64,000 nucleotides of DNA. It comes from Candidatus Sumerlaea chitinivorans (lineage in GTDB: Bacteria > Sumerlaeota > Sumerlaeia > Sumerlaeales > Sumerlaeaceae). The DNA is taken from the NCBI GenBank assembly GCA_003290465.1, contig CP030759.1, forward strand, positions 1,988,572 through 2,052,571. The letters are read 5' to 3'. The translations under genes were made by a program, and so were the position numbers. The stretch's first letter is position 1, and every line of letters starts with the position of its first letter. Positions 51,480 through 62,094 of the stretch are shown piece by piece. The notes under the pieces are model-generated. The model did not search any database. It saw only the letters and a list, made by a program, of their open reading frames with translations, and had not been told where the DNA came from.

Positions 51480-52613
51480 TCAGCGTTCCACGGGATACCC
51501 ACGCGCGATCCACTCAGAAATGCCGCCCCGTACGTTTATGGGTCGTGCAAAACCAGCTTGCTTGAGGATTTGACAGGCACGGGCACTCCGCCCACCCTTT
51601 GCACAGTGGACGATGACTGTTTTATCGCGATAGGACTCAAGCTCCGAAAGTCGCTCCGGGAGAGTCCCCAACGGGATGAGCATCGCGCCATCAATGCGCG
51701 CCTGCGCATGTTCCTCTGGATTTCGACAGTCCACAAGAACGAAATCTCCCCCTTCGCGTAGGCGCTCAGCAAGCTCGTCCACTGTAATTTCTTCGATGCC
51801 TGTCATGGTTGCATGTCCTCCTGAACAGAAGTGTTCGTAGTCGATCAACTTGCGGATTGTTGGCTTTTCGCCACAGACTGGGCAGTCGCGGTTGCGCTTT
51901 AGCGCAATGGTACGAAAACTCATCGCCAGTGCGTCGTACAACAAGAGACGCCCCACAAGCGGGGTACCGATGCCAAGCAGTAGCTTGATGGTCTCCGTCG
52001 CTTGTACCACACCGATCAGGCCGGGCAGCACGCCCAGCACACCCGCCTCCGCACAACTGGGCACGGCGCCGGGAGGTGGCGGCTCTGGGAAAAGGCAGCG
52101 GTAGCATGGCCCCCGCGTGGCATCGAAGACCGAGGCCTGCCCTTCGAAACGAAAGAGCGCACCGTAGACGTTGGGCTTTTTTAGCAAGACACAGGCGTCG
52201 TTCGAGAGATAGCGCGTGGGGAAATTGTCTGACCCATCTACGATGACATCATAATCCGCCAAAATCTCCATCGCGTTTTGGCTCGTGAGGCGAGTTTCAT
52301 GTAGACGCACTTGAACATCGGGATTGAGCTCGGTGATCCTCTCGCGAGCGCTCTCGAGCTTGGACTTGCCCACGTTGCGTGTGCTGTGAAGCACTTGCCG
52401 TTGAAGGTTCGACTCCTCCACAACGTCGCTATCCACCAAACCAAGAGTGCCCACGCCAGCTGCAGCAAGGTAGAGCGCCGCCGGACTCCCGAGCCCCCCC
52501 ACACCGAGGATCAGCACTTTGCTGGCAAGTAGCTTTTCCTGACCTTGCTCACCAATCTGAGGTAGGAGCAAATGCCGGAGATACCGTTCGCGCTGTTGAG
52601 CCGTAAGTCCCAT
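51480..52613 (-). CDS. ThiF/MoeB-family adenylyltransferase with a C-terminal rhodanese domain (MoeZ-type)
   Basis: It has a GVGGLGS nucleotide loop, Zn-binding CxxC pairs, and a C-terminal rhodanese Cys (VHCAKGGRS). Confidence 0.85.
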   Translation of the reverse strand: MGLTAQQRERYLRHLLLPQIGEQGQEKLLASKVLILGVGGLGSPAALYLAAAGVGTLGLVDSDVVEESNLQRQVLHSTRNVGKSKLESARERITELNPDVQVRLHETRLTSQNAMEILADYDVIVDGSDNFPTRYLSNDACVLLKKPNVYGALFRFEGQASVFDATRGPCYRCLFPEPPPPGAVPSCAEAGVLGVLPGLIGVVQATETIKLLLGIGTPLVGRLLLYDALAMSFRTIALKRNRDCPVCGEKPTIRKLIDYEHFCSGGHATMTGIEEITVDELAERLREGGDFVLVDCRNPEEHAQARIDGAMLIPLGTLPERLSELESYRDKTVIVHCAKGGRSARACQILKQAGFARPINVRGGISEWIARGYPVER

Positions 52614-52884
52614 CGGTCAAGAAACGTTACTAATTGTGTTCGTGTTTATTTCGTGAGAGGGCAAGCCACCTGAATTGAGGACAGCCGATGCGAGCACGGC
52701 CTCGTCTCCCACCATATTTGCGACGTGCGACAAAACCAACTCTCTGCGAGAGGAAGCCACGCTCCTGCCAGGCCACCTCCCCTTCATGGGGCCGCAGAAC
52801 AATCACCCAATTCCTTTTCTGGATGAGCAACAGGAATGTCTGCTGCAACACTTTTGGTGTGCCATGGTTTTCTCGCGCGAATGG

Positions 52885-54717
52885 CTACTCCACTGTTACG
52901 CTTTTCGCAAGGTTCCGTGGCTGATCCACATCCTTGCCCCGGGCGACTGCCACGTAATACGCAAGAAGTTGCAGAGGTATCACCGTAAGCACTGGCATAA
53001 GGTAATGCGGGGCATCGGGAACCACGAGCAGTCGCTCGGACTGAGCAGCGAGTTCATCGTCGGCCGCATTGCCAACCGCGAAGACGCGCCCTCGTCGCGC
53101 TCGGATTTCCTGTACGTTACTCAGTATCTTTTCACGGATCTCGTCGCGTGGGGCGACGACAACCACCGGCATGTTTTCGTCAATGAGCGCGATGGGGCCA
53201 TGCTTCATTTCCGCCGCCGGATACCCCTCCGCGTGAATGTAGGAGAGCTCCTTAAGTTTGAGTGCTCCTTCTAAAGCCACGGGATAATTGTAGCCTCTTC
53301 CCAAATAGAGGCAGTTGTTCATCCCGGTAAACTCTGGGACAAGTTCCTGCACACCTGCAACAACTGAAAGCGTTTCTTCGACCAGTTCTGGCAAGCTTTG
53401 TAGCTCCCGAAGGATCCGTTTCCCCAACGACTGCGACAATCGACGCTGTCGCCCCAGCAGCAAGGCAAAGAGAGTAAGCACTGTAAGCTGGCAGGTAAAG
53501 GCTTTCGTGGACGCCACACCAATTTCTGGTCCAGCATGCGTAAAAATGCCTGCATCCGTTTCGCGAGCAATCGTGCTGCCGGCCACGTTGCAAATCCCGA
53601 TCACGAGCGCGCCTTTGCGGCGGGCCTCGCGCAGCGCAGCGATCGTATCCGCCGTCTCACCACTCTGACTGATTGCGACAACCAACGTGCGTTCATCCAG
53701 GACAGGATTGCGGTAACGAAACTCACTGGCATAATCTACGTCAGCCGGAATCCCAGCGAACTCCTCGATCAAATACTTGCCTATCAATGCGGCGTGCCAT
53801 GAGGTTCCACATGCGACGAACACAATGCGCCGCGCACGCCTCAGTTCCCGCTCAACGTCGCGTAGGCCGCCCAAGTGCGGCATACCGTCCTCTAAGTCGA
53901 GGCGCCCACGGAGGGTATTGGCGATCGCTTGCGGCTGCTCGTGAATCTCTTTCAACATGAAGTGCGGCCAGTCGCCCTTTTCGGCACGGAGAGCTTCGAG
54001 GTTGAGCTCTTGCACCGCCGGCGTAATCTCCGTGCCATCAAGTTCACGCACTTGGAGAGTTGTGGGTGTGATTGTCGCGACTTCACCATCGCGCAGATAT
54101 ACTACTCTTTGATGGGGCCGCAGAACAGCATGCACATCGCTTGTGACGACGGCCTCGTGTGTGCCCAGGGTGACGAGGAGGGGCGAACCGCGACGGCCTG
54201 CGACAATTTTCTCCGCCTCACGCGAGGAGATAACCGCAAGGCCGTAGGTTCCCTCCACCTCCCGCAGCGCTTGCGCAACTGCTTGCTCAAGCGGCACTTC
54301 GTCGCCGTAAAAATGCTCGACAAGGTGCGCCAAAACCTCGGAGTCGGTCTCACTTCGGAAGCGGTGCCCATTCGCCTCCAAGACGCGGCGCAGTGCCGCA
54401 TGATTCTCCACAATTCCGTTATGGACCACCGCGATGGTGCCCGAGCAATCAAGGTGCGGATGAGCGTTTGCCTCTGTGGGTTGGCCGTGGGTGGCCCACC
54501 TCGTGTGCGCAATACCCGTTCGCGCGCACGAAGGGGCGCTCGCAACAGCGTCCGCTAAAACTTGTACTTTCCCGACCCTGCGCACGACGGTGAGGTGGTC
54601 CTGTTCAGCGAGCGCAATCCCGGCTGAGTCATAACCGCGATACTCCAGTCGGCGCAGCCCTTCGATTAACAGATCGCGGCAGGGAAGACTACCCGTGTAC
54701 CCGATGATACCACACAT
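52885..54717 (-). CDS. glmS: Glutamine--fructose-6-phosphate aminotransferase
   Basis: It starts MCGIIGY, the Ntn glutaminase signature. It has two SIS domains and ends ...TVE. Confidence 0.95.
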   Translation of the reverse strand: MCGIIGYTGSLPCRDLLIEGLRRLEYRGYDSAGIALAEQDHLTVVRRVGKVQVLADAVASAPSCARTGIAHTRWATHGQPTEANAHPHLDCSGTIAVVHNGIVENHAALRRVLEANGHRFRSETDSEVLAHLVEHFYGDEVPLEQAVAQALREVEGTYGLAVISSREAEKIVAGRRGSPLLVTLGTHEAVVTSDVHAVLRPHQRVVYLRDGEVATITPTTLQVRELDGTEITPAVQELNLEALRAEKGDWPHFMLKEIHEQPQAIANTLRGRLDLEDGMPHLGGLRDVERELRRARRIVFVACGTSWHAALIGKYLIEEFAGIPADVDYASEFRYRNPVLDERTLVVAISQSGETADTIAALREARRKGALVIGICNVAGSTIARETDAGIFTHAGPEIGVASTKAFTCQLTVLTLFALLLGRQRRLSQSLGKRILRELQSLPELVEETLSVVAGVQELVPEFTGMNNCLYLGRGYNYPVALEGALKLKELSYIHAEGYPAAEMKHGPIALIDENMPVVVVAPRDEIREKILSNVQEIRARRGRVFAVGNAADDELAAQSERLLVVPDAPHYLMPVLTVIPLQLLAYYVAVARGKDVDQPRNLAKSVTVE

Positions 54718-55067
54718 AACCCTTGGTGCCTCTCCTTGATGTGACGCAGTGCGTTCTTGGGCAAACGCCTACCTTTATCGCTGTGCGGCGCTTGCCCCAG
54801 AAAGGCGGATCCGGGAGTCTCAAAGCCAACCGGAGCCGCAGGTCAATGAGGCGCGGTGCATGACCACGACCAACGACCGCCTGCTGCCTATCAATTAAAT
54901 CGCTCTAACTGCAAGCCAGAAGTTTCTCAGGCAAAAGTCTTCCGACTTTCACGTGCCTGCGGGCTTAAATTGCGAAGGGTAGCCTTTAGCCCCGGGAGCC
55001 ATCCGCAACCGCTACGCTCGCAAGAGGCAATGCCTCAGGCGATGTACGCTCCGAATCCTCACATGCT

Positions 55068-55880
55068 CTAACACTGCCTCTCGCGCAACGACGTGGCCGC
55101 CTGAACCATGGCGCGCACTCGCTCGAGGTCCAGTGCCTCATCCCATTTGCCACCGCGTTTGAGCCACGAGCCAACAATGAATCCATCTGCATGCGGCCAA
55201 AGTCTGGCGAGATTCTCAGGTGTCGTTCCTGAACCCACCAGCACCGGTAGAGAGATCGCTCGCGCCACCGCTGCCACGTCGTCAGGTGAAGTCTCGCGCC
55301 CAGTGGCCGCCCCCGTGACAATGATGCCATCAGCTCCAAAGAATTCTGCGGCATGGGCTGTGTCCGCAAGATCCACATCCGCGGTGACTGCATGGCTCGC
55401 GTGTTTCTTCTTCACGTCCGCAAAAACTTTCACGCGCTCTGCGCCGATCACTCGCCGATATCGTAGCAGTTCACCGGCATCCGCATCCATCCACCCCTCG
55501 TCAGCCACGTGAGAGAACACGAACCCCTCTGCTCGGACGAAATCCGCGCCGGCAGCATGTGCCACCGCGAGCGCCTCACGGTTGGCCCCTGCCAAGATCT
55601 GCACCCCTAAAGGGCAATCGACAGCCGATCGCACGGCCACGGCCACGGCCGTCATTGTAGCGGTGATTTCGGGGCCCACCTCTCGCCGCAGATAGGGGAC
55701 ATCATGCATGTTTTCGAGGAGAATGGCATCGAATCCGGCCTCGCAAAGCGTTCGTGCCTCCTCCACCGCAATGCGCACAATCTCTTTCACGGGGAGCTGA
55801 TGTCGCGGGGTGCCGGGGAGAGCGCGCACATGTACCATCCCGATCAAAGTCCTTCGGGCTGTTTTCCAGTCCCACGTCAT
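55068..55880 (-). CDS. BtpA/SgcQ-family TIM-barrel protein
   Basis: The start was re-set to MTWDW.... It contains MVHVRALPGTP and LLENMHDVPY, as in the BtpA family. Its ATG overlaps the stop of the upstream GT4 gene (ATGA). Confidence 0.7.
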   Translation of the reverse strand: MTWDWKTARRTLIGMVHVRALPGTPRHQLPVKEIVRIAVEEARTLCEAGFDAILLENMHDVPYLRREVGPEITATMTAVAVAVRSAVDCPLGVQILAGANREALAVAHAAGADFVRAEGFVFSHVADEGWMDADAGELLRYRRVIGAERVKVFADVKKKHASHAVTADVDLADTAHAAEFFGADGIIVTGAATGRETSPDDVAAVARAISLPVLVGSGTTPENLARLWPHADGFIVGSWLKRGGKWDEALDLERVRAMVQAATSLRERQC

Positions 55881-57280
55881 TGTCCTTTGCTTCCTTCTCT
55901 TTTGGGAACATTCTGGCCCTGAGTGCGTGCCGCAATTGCCCGCGCCACATGCTCTTCCATCTCGCGCACGACCTTTTCCCACGAGTACGAGCGGGCCATT
56001 TCGAGCCCACGCCGGCATTGCGTGGAGAGCTCACCTGCAAGCGCCCGATGGCACTGCTTGATAAATTCTGCGGACGTATCCGCAAGCGCCACCACGTCAC
56101 CGAAGAAGGCCTCGAGATCAGGCAGGCGAATACTCACAACTGGACGCCCTGTGCTAAGATACTCGAGAGTTTTGGTCGGGTTGATATGGCGCGTTAACTC
56201 GTTGACCTTCCACGGCATGATGCACACATCCGAGTGAGCGAGGAATTGTGGCAAGCGTTGATACTTGATTGACCCCAAGAAGTGAATGTTTGGGTAACGA
56301 TCGAGCAAGCGGCGTGCATCAAATTGGCCAATGTCGATTGGGCCGGCCATCACAATTTGCCACGAAGGTTCTGCCTCGGCAACCGAGGCCAAGAGTTCCC
56401 CGTCAATCCGCGCATCAATCAGCCCCATGTAGAAAAGGCGCGGGCGTCCGATCCCTTGAAGTTCAGGCGGTTCTACGAGTGGGAGCTCCGTGTCCTCGGC
56501 GGCCGCATAAAAGTGCTCGAACTCAACTCCACACGGATAGAAATACGCCGGTTTGCCGCTCCCCTCGCACTTCGAACGGTAGAGGGCATGCGTGCCAGCA
56601 AACATAACGTCGGCAAGCCGGATGAGCTCCCGCTCTCGCGTCGAAATATCGCGCGGCGCCCAGACAAAAGCGCTGTATTCGTCCTGAATATCATAGACCA
56701 CCGCCGAGGGTCGGCAACGCTCGACCACGTAGACGGCTGCCGGATAGTAGAACCAATACACGGTGTTGCGCATGTCGAGGCGCCACTCATACCACAGCAG
56801 GTTCGTGGCAAGGATCCAACGGTTGAGCGAACGAACCGCGGCAAACCGCGATTCCCCCGGCATGAGCAGCGGATGTCGAATCCGGACCGCCGGATGCCGC
56901 CAGAATAGCGCTCGATAGCTGCCCGGTGCCCACCGAGCAAACACGTGCAGATAGGAAGTGGCAAAATCCTCGACGTAAACGACTTTCCGGCGACGGGCCA
57001 AGCGCGTCATCGTGTGATGGTTGCGCTGCCAAATGTGGGACCACGGCACGTGACTAATGCAGATTACATCAAACTGATGGGGGGCGCCTTCTCGCCGGGG
57101 CTCGAAACGCGCAAACCGCAAAATCAGCCATCGCGCTCCGACCACAATGAAAACTCCCACGCCAAACACGAGGAACGTCAGCCACTGCAAGGGGGCATGC
57201 ACAATGCGTTGCCATCGCGAGGGACGCCGCGTCCCTTGCAGCTCAATTGGAAGCTTTCGCCTTCGTGCACTCACACGCAA
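55877..57280 (-). CDS. Glycosyltransferase, family 4-like (GT-B), with an N-terminal TM segment
   Basis: 467 aa. It has a C-terminal nucleotide-sugar-binding-like region and overlaps the GT2 gene by 10 bp. Confidence 0.6.
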   Translation of the reverse strand: MRVSARRRKLPIELQGTRRPSRWQRIVHAPLQWLTFLVFGVGVFIVVGARWLILRFARFEPRREGAPHQFDVICISHVPWSHIWQRNHHTMTRLARRRKVVYVEDFATSYLHVFARWAPGSYRALFWRHPAVRIRHPLLMPGESRFAAVRSLNRWILATNLLWYEWRLDMRNTVYWFYYPAAVYVVERCRPSAVVYDIQDEYSAFVWAPRDISTRERELIRLADVMFAGTHALYRSKCEGSGKPAYFYPCGVEFEHFYAAAEDTELPLVEPPELQGIGRPRLFYMGLIDARIDGELLASVAEAEPSWQIVMAGPIDIGQFDARRLLDRYPNIHFLGSIKYQRLPQFLAHSDVCIMPWKVNELTRHINPTKTLEYLSTGRPVVSIRLPDLEAFFGDVVALADTSAEFIKQCHRALAGELSTQCRRGLEMARSYSWEKVVREMEEHVARAIAARTQGQNVPKREGSKGQ

Positions 57281-58188
57281 ATCACCTTATGGCGAATCGA
57301 ACCCACAATGCGTCCGGCCAAGAAGCAGCTATATCGAATAACTTCCAGCGCGCCTTCGCGTCGCATGTAGTAGTCTCTTTTTATGAATGGGTAAAGCACC
57401 GCTTTCACACATGCTTTGCCCAGTTTTGCGTAGCTTCGCCAGTCAATCCAGACATTGCGCTCCACCAGATCGCGGTGGCGCAAGAACGTAGCCGTTGATC
57501 CAACGCCGTAAAGAAACATCTGTCGTGCAAACGATCGAATGTTGGAGCGATGACGATGAGCGGCAATTGCGCGATGGGCAAGGGCCAACTTCCCACCCGC
57601 TTTGAGGATCCGCCAGCAAAAGTCTGCGTCCTCGCCCACCCGCAATGCTTCGTCGAAGTACCCCACACGCTCGAACACGGCGCGCCGCACAGCAAAATTT
57701 GCCGTAAGCAAGAAAGGTGGTTTGTAGGGCAACTCCTTAAAGAAATCCTCTTGGTTCAAGATCGCCTGCCGTGCCGCAAAGGCTTCGGTGAGACTCACGG
57801 GCGCGGCTGAAACAAGGAGCCCACCGACGGCCCACACCGTCCGATCGTCAAGCTCGCGCACAAGTTCTTCAAGCCACGCAGGTGCAGGCACACAGTCCGA
57901 ATCAATAAACGCAAGGATTCGTGCGCGAGCTGCTCGCACGCCGGCGTTGCGCGCAGCCGAGGGCCCCCGCCGTTTTTCATCCAAAACCCGCATGCATTCC
58001 CAACGCCTCGCCCACTCCGAGAGAATCTCGCGCGACCCGTCGGTGGAGCCATTATCCACGACGATCAACTCCCAGCGATCGCACGGGAAGGTCTGCTGCT
58101 GTAACGCCCCTAACAACGTAGGAAGATTCTCCGCCGCGTTGAGCACGGGCACCACCACGCTCACTTGGGGATTTTCGTTACGCACCAT
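57271..58188 (-). CDS. Glycosyltransferase family 2
   Basis: It starts VSVVVPVLNAAENL and contains VVDNGSTDGS and the DxD-like FIDSDC. Confidence 0.8.
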   Translation of the reverse strand: MVRNENPQVSVVVPVLNAAENLPTLLGALQQQTFPCDRWELIVVDNGSTDGSREILSEWARRWECMRVLDEKRRGPSAARNAGVRAARARILAFIDSDCVPAPAWLEELVRELDDRTVWAVGGLLVSAAPVSLTEAFAARQAILNQEDFFKELPYKPPFLLTANFAVRRAVFERVGYFDEALRVGEDADFCWRILKAGGKLALAHRAIAAHRHRSNIRSFARQMFLYGVGSTATFLRHRDLVERNVWIDWRSYAKLGKACVKAVLYPFIKRDYYMRREGALEVIRYSCFLAGRIVGSIRHKVICV

Positions 58189-58200
58189 AGACCAAACTGG

Positions 58201-59250
58201 TTAGTCCTCGTTGACAAGAAAGTCGAATAAATCGCGCGCGCCGTTGGATGTCGATTGCGAAAAACGTCGAGTGCGCTCCTTGCTGGCACGCGATGCGCAC
58301 GCTTGGCTTACCTCGCAAAGATCCACAAACCCGCAATACTCCTTGGGTCGGGTGACAAGCACCCTGGCCTGCACCTTTCGCTTGGCCAATACCTCCATAG
58401 CCGCCGAATGGGCCAAGCTTTCCGAGTTGCAATCTTCACTAAGGTGCAAAAGAACGACATAAGCCGGCGGACGAGTGGATCGTCGTAGAATCTTGTTAAG
58501 TGCCTCCGCCGCTTGCTCATTCGAGAGATGCCCCTCATCACTCAACACTCTCTGGATTAGAGAAGGCGCGCGCCCACTCCTCCACTGCATCGCCACGTCA
58601 TGATTAAATTCGAGCGCAAGCACATCGCTGTCAGCCGCAATTTCGGCCAGCCCATCGTCAAAGCGTCCAAGGTCGGCCAGATACGTCATTTTCACGGGGC
58701 GGTGCAAATTCGGATGATTGGCCCATTCGAAAATAAATCCGAAAGTGGGACAACTGTCGTGGGGCAAGACGACCGGGCGAACAGAGCAGAAGGGAGAAAG
58801 GCGGAACACACTGTCTGCTCGGTAGGATTTCAGTCGACCAGCAGTTTGGAACTTCTCAAACGCCTTCGATTGCCCACCCAGGGCCCTTTTGTGTTCCTCA
58901 TGCAAGAACAGGGTGACTCCACATGTATGGAGCAAACTTGCCGTGGAATTAAAATAATGATCCTTATGCGTGTGGGTAAGAAGAGCTGCCCGCAACGCCA
59001 GCTTGCTTGGTGAGACAGCAACGTGGGAAGCCACCACACACTTGCGCGAATTCAAGGCTGTGGCTCCCTGGGAAAGCGCCAAGCCAGCCTCATGGAGCAG
59101 GCTCAGAAACGTTTTTTTGGGCACCCCAAAGTCTATGAGGTATGCAGCATTCCCTTCCTGAATAAGCGTGCAATTGCCCTTCGATCCACTGGAGAGGAAA
59201 TGTACACGAATCGTGGCCCTGCAATCCGTTGAACTCGCGGCTGTCATCAT
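58201..59250 (-). CDS. MBL-fold metallo-hydrolase
   Basis: It contains the LTHTHKDH (HxHxDH) motif. Confidence 0.7.
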   Translation of the reverse strand: MMTAASSTDCRATIRVHFLSSGSKGNCTLIQEGNAAYLIDFGVPKKTFLSLLHEAGLALSQGATALNSRKCVVASHVAVSPSKLALRAALLTHTHKDHYFNSTASLLHTCGVTLFLHEEHKRALGGQSKAFEKFQTAGRLKSYRADSVFRLSPFCSVRPVVLPHDSCPTFGFIFEWANHPNLHRPVKMTYLADLGRFDDGLAEIAADSDVLALEFNHDVAMQWRSGRAPSLIQRVLSDEGHLSNEQAAEALNKILRRSTRPPAYVVLLHLSEDCNSESLAHSAAMEVLAKRKVQARVLVTRPKEYCGFVDLCEVSQACASRASKERTRRFSQSTSNGARDLFDFLVNED

Positions 59251-59319
59251 CGTACTTGGGAGAGTTCACGCTGCCGGGAGAGTGCGTCAACCAAAAGCCA
59301 AGCGACCGCTCGTATTTCC

Positions 59320-59934
59320 TTAACGCCAGTGGTTGAAATAGGGCAAGCGCGCTGCCGTCGCCGCGATTTCCTCCATTGCTTCCATCAATTCGGCAGTGGA
59401 GTCCCAACGGCCCTCGAGGAACTGTTGACGCGGTCCTTCCGCAAGCTGAATGGGCCATTCGCGTCCCGCGCCGGTCAGCACCATCCGCTCAAGGTCTACC
59501 GTGAATTCCGTCTCAGGATGAGCCTCATTAAGCGCCATGATCTCCTGCGCGGTCGCCTCGTCCACCGTCACGCACGGAATGCCAAGCGCAACACAGTTGC
59601 CGAAGAAGATCTCAGCAAAGCTCTCACCGACAATTGCTTTGATACCCTTGCCCCACCGCATGACGGCCTGCGGAGCATGCTCGCGCGAGGATCCGCAACC
59701 AAAGTTCTTGTTCACGAAGAGAATCTCGGCGCCGGCGAACTCTGGACGGTCAAAGGGGTGTGTCTCGCCCTTTGCTTTCAGTTGAGCACGATCGTCCTCG
59801 AAGACGTGCTCACCGAGGCCATCAAAAGTGACGCACCGGAGGTAACGTGCTGGAATAATACGGTCCGTGTCGATGTCATTGCCGCGCACACTCACTGCAC
59901 GACCTGTAATACGAATACGCTTCATGTCGTTCAT
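59320..59934 (-). CDS. leuD: 3-isopropylmalate dehydratase small subunit
   Basis: 204 aa with the aconitase swivel domain. Its start overlaps the stop of leuC. Confidence 0.85.
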   Translation of the reverse strand: MNDMKRIRITGRAVSVRGNDIDTDRIIPARYLRCVTFDGLGEHVFEDDRAQLKAKGETHPFDRPEFAGAEILFVNKNFGCGSSREHAPQAVMRWGKGIKAIVGESFAEIFFGNCVALGIPCVTVDEATAQEIMALNEAHPETEFTVDLERMVLTGAGREWPIQLAEGPRQQFLEGRWDSTAELMEAMEEIAATAARLPYFNHWR

Positions 59935-61367
59935 TTGCTTTCTCCTGCCATAGCGGGGATGCCAAAGAATTCGCGGGCGTCCACGACCTCACCGGCAAAG
60001 GCTGCGGCAGCAACCATGACCGGCGACATGAGTAGCGTGCGCCCCACGGGTGAGCCCTGGCGCCCCTTGAAGTTACGATTCGACGAACTCGCGCATACCT
60101 CGCGCCCGCGCAGTTTGTCGGGATTCATCGCAAGGCACATCGAGCAGCCTGCGTAACGCAGCTCAAAGCCTGCCTCGGTGAGAACCTTGTCGTAGCCGCG
60201 ACGGACGAGCTCGTCATACACCTGCTGACTCCCCGGCACTGCAATTGCTCGGACGTGAGGGGCAACCTTGAAACCTCGTCCTTCAATCATCTTTACGACT
60301 TCCTCAAAATCCGAAAGGCGGCCGTTGGTGCATGAGCCGATGAAGGCTACATCAATCTTCATCCCTTTCACGGGCTGGCCGGGGCGGACCCCCATATACT
60401 CGTAGGCCTCTTCAATGAGCGAGTGTTCGCTTGCCGGGAACTGACTCTTGTCTGGCACCACTTCGCTCACCGGCACCGAGTGGCCCGGCGTGATGCCCCA
60501 CGTGACCATGGGCTCAATCTCATCCGCGCGGAAATACACCACGTCGTCGTAGTCCGCATCGGGATCCGACTTGATGCTTTCCCAGAAAGCGACAGCGCGA
60601 TCCCATGCTTCGGCCGGGGGGGCATAGGGTCGCCCCTTGAGATATTCATACGTCGTCTGGTCGGGGTTCACGTAGCCACAGCGTGCGCCACCTTCGATGG
60701 ACATGTTGCAGACGGTCATACGCTCATCCATCGTCATGCGCTCGAAGACCTCGCCTGCATACTCGTAAGCGAACCCCACTCCGCCTTTCACGCCGAGACG
60801 GTTGATGATGTACAGAATCACGTCCTTAGCATAGACGCCGGGCGCCAACTCGCCGTTGATCTCGATGCGGCGCACCTTCAGCTTGTCCATGGCCAACGTT
60901 TGGGTGGCGAGGACGTCGCGCACTTGGCTTGTTCCAATCCCAAAGGCAAGCGCACCGAAAGCCCCGTGGGTTGCTGTGTGCGAATCGCCACAGCAAATGG
61001 TCATCCCCGGCTGCGTGAGTCCCAGCTCTGGGCCGATAATGTGAACCACCCCCTGCTTGCCGGTCTCAGGTGAAAAGAAAGTAATTCCAAAATCGCGGGT
61101 GTTCTTTTCAATCGCGGCCAACATCTCCTCGGCGAGAGGATCCGCGAGCGGCCGCTGAAGCGTATCCGTGGGGACAATGTGGTCCACCGTGGCGAAATTC
61201 CGATGGGGGTACAACACCTTCCACCCACGCTCCCGCAGCATCGAGAACGCCTGTGGGGAGGTGACCTCGTGGATGAGCTGCAGCCCCATGAACAACTGAT
61301 ATTGGCCGGACGGAAGGCGGCGGACTGTGTGAAGATCAAACACTTTATTGTAGAGATTCGTTCCCAT
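59931..61367 (-). CDS. leuC: 3-isopropylmalate dehydratase large subunit
   Basis: 478 aa. It has the aconitase-family Fe-S cysteines (CGDSHT, GSCTNGR). Confidence 0.9.
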   Translation of the reverse strand: MGTNLYNKVFDLHTVRRLPSGQYQLFMGLQLIHEVTSPQAFSMLRERGWKVLYPHRNFATVDHIVPTDTLQRPLADPLAEEMLAAIEKNTRDFGITFFSPETGKQGVVHIIGPELGLTQPGMTICCGDSHTATHGAFGALAFGIGTSQVRDVLATQTLAMDKLKVRRIEINGELAPGVYAKDVILYIINRLGVKGGVGFAYEYAGEVFERMTMDERMTVCNMSIEGGARCGYVNPDQTTYEYLKGRPYAPPAEAWDRAVAFWESIKSDPDADYDDVVYFRADEIEPMVTWGITPGHSVPVSEVVPDKSQFPASEHSLIEEAYEYMGVRPGQPVKGMKIDVAFIGSCTNGRLSDFEEVVKMIEGRGFKVAPHVRAIAVPGSQQVYDELVRRGYDKVLTEAGFELRYAGCSMCLAMNPDKLRGREVCASSSNRNFKGRQGSPVGRTLLMSPVMVAAAAFAGEVVDAREFFGIPAMAGESK

Positions 61368-61370
61368 GGT

Positions 61371-61901
61371 TTATGCCTTTCTTGAACGAAGCGCATGGCC
61401 ATTCGGCGCCGCGCGTCGGGCGTTGGTGAGTCGCTCCGCCTGCATTTCCTGAGCAGAGTATGCTTCGAGGCGGCGAGCCAGCTCGCCACTGAATTCAGAA
61501 AACTGTTTCAGCTGGCCCGGTGGCAGATCTTGCCACACCGCCCGAATTGCACGTTGCCGAGCCCGATTTAACCTTGCAAGCAACGCTCGCCCCGTGGGCG
61601 TCAGGCGATAGCTTCGCTGACGCCCATCGTGCGCGGAAACCTCAACGGCGATGGCCCCTTTGTCAAGCAACTGACGAATGGTTTTCGAGACGGCTGCGGG
61701 AGAACACTGTCGTTCGCGGGCGAAAAGCGACGGCATGAACCCCTCGCCCCCAATCTCCTGCAACACTCGCCATTGCTCGACGGTTAGACCGACAGAGCGC
61801 GCTAAGCGCTCGCGGCGCTCAATAAAAAGCTCCGCCAACCGCTGAAGCGCAGCAATGGCTTCGAGGACTTCCGGCTTGGGCATTTCACTCATTGCTTGCA
61901 T
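61371..61901 (-). CDS. MarR-family transcriptional regulator
   Basis: It has a winged helix (LTVEQWRVLQEIG...AVSKTIRQLLDKG). The true start is probably internal to the 176-aa ORF. Confidence 0.7.
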   Translation of the reverse strand: MQAMSEMPKPEVLEAIAALQRLAELFIERRERLARSVGLTVEQWRVLQEIGGEGFMPSLFARERQCSPAAVSKTIRQLLDKGAIAVEVSAHDGRQRSYRLTPTGRALLARLNRARQRAIRAVWQDLPPGQLKQFSEFSGELARRLEAYSAQEMQAERLTNARRAAPNGHALRSRKA

Positions 61902-62094
61902 TGTTAACCGTGGTTAACTATTGCAAAACGACAACTATATTCACGCATTGCTTTTCGCGGATGACACGCCGGACCGAGGAGATCACATCCTTGTTCAAGA
62001 AAAACGAGTCGCACAACCGTACTACACATGAAAAAATAAGTCTCCACCGCACAGCTGGAATGCTGTGGACTTCGCTTGTGCTTCTTAAAGACAC

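Noticed and set aside
60423-61073. 216-aa plus-strand ORF inside leuC
   Set aside because: It is antisense to the well-supported 3-isopropylmalate dehydratase large subunit.
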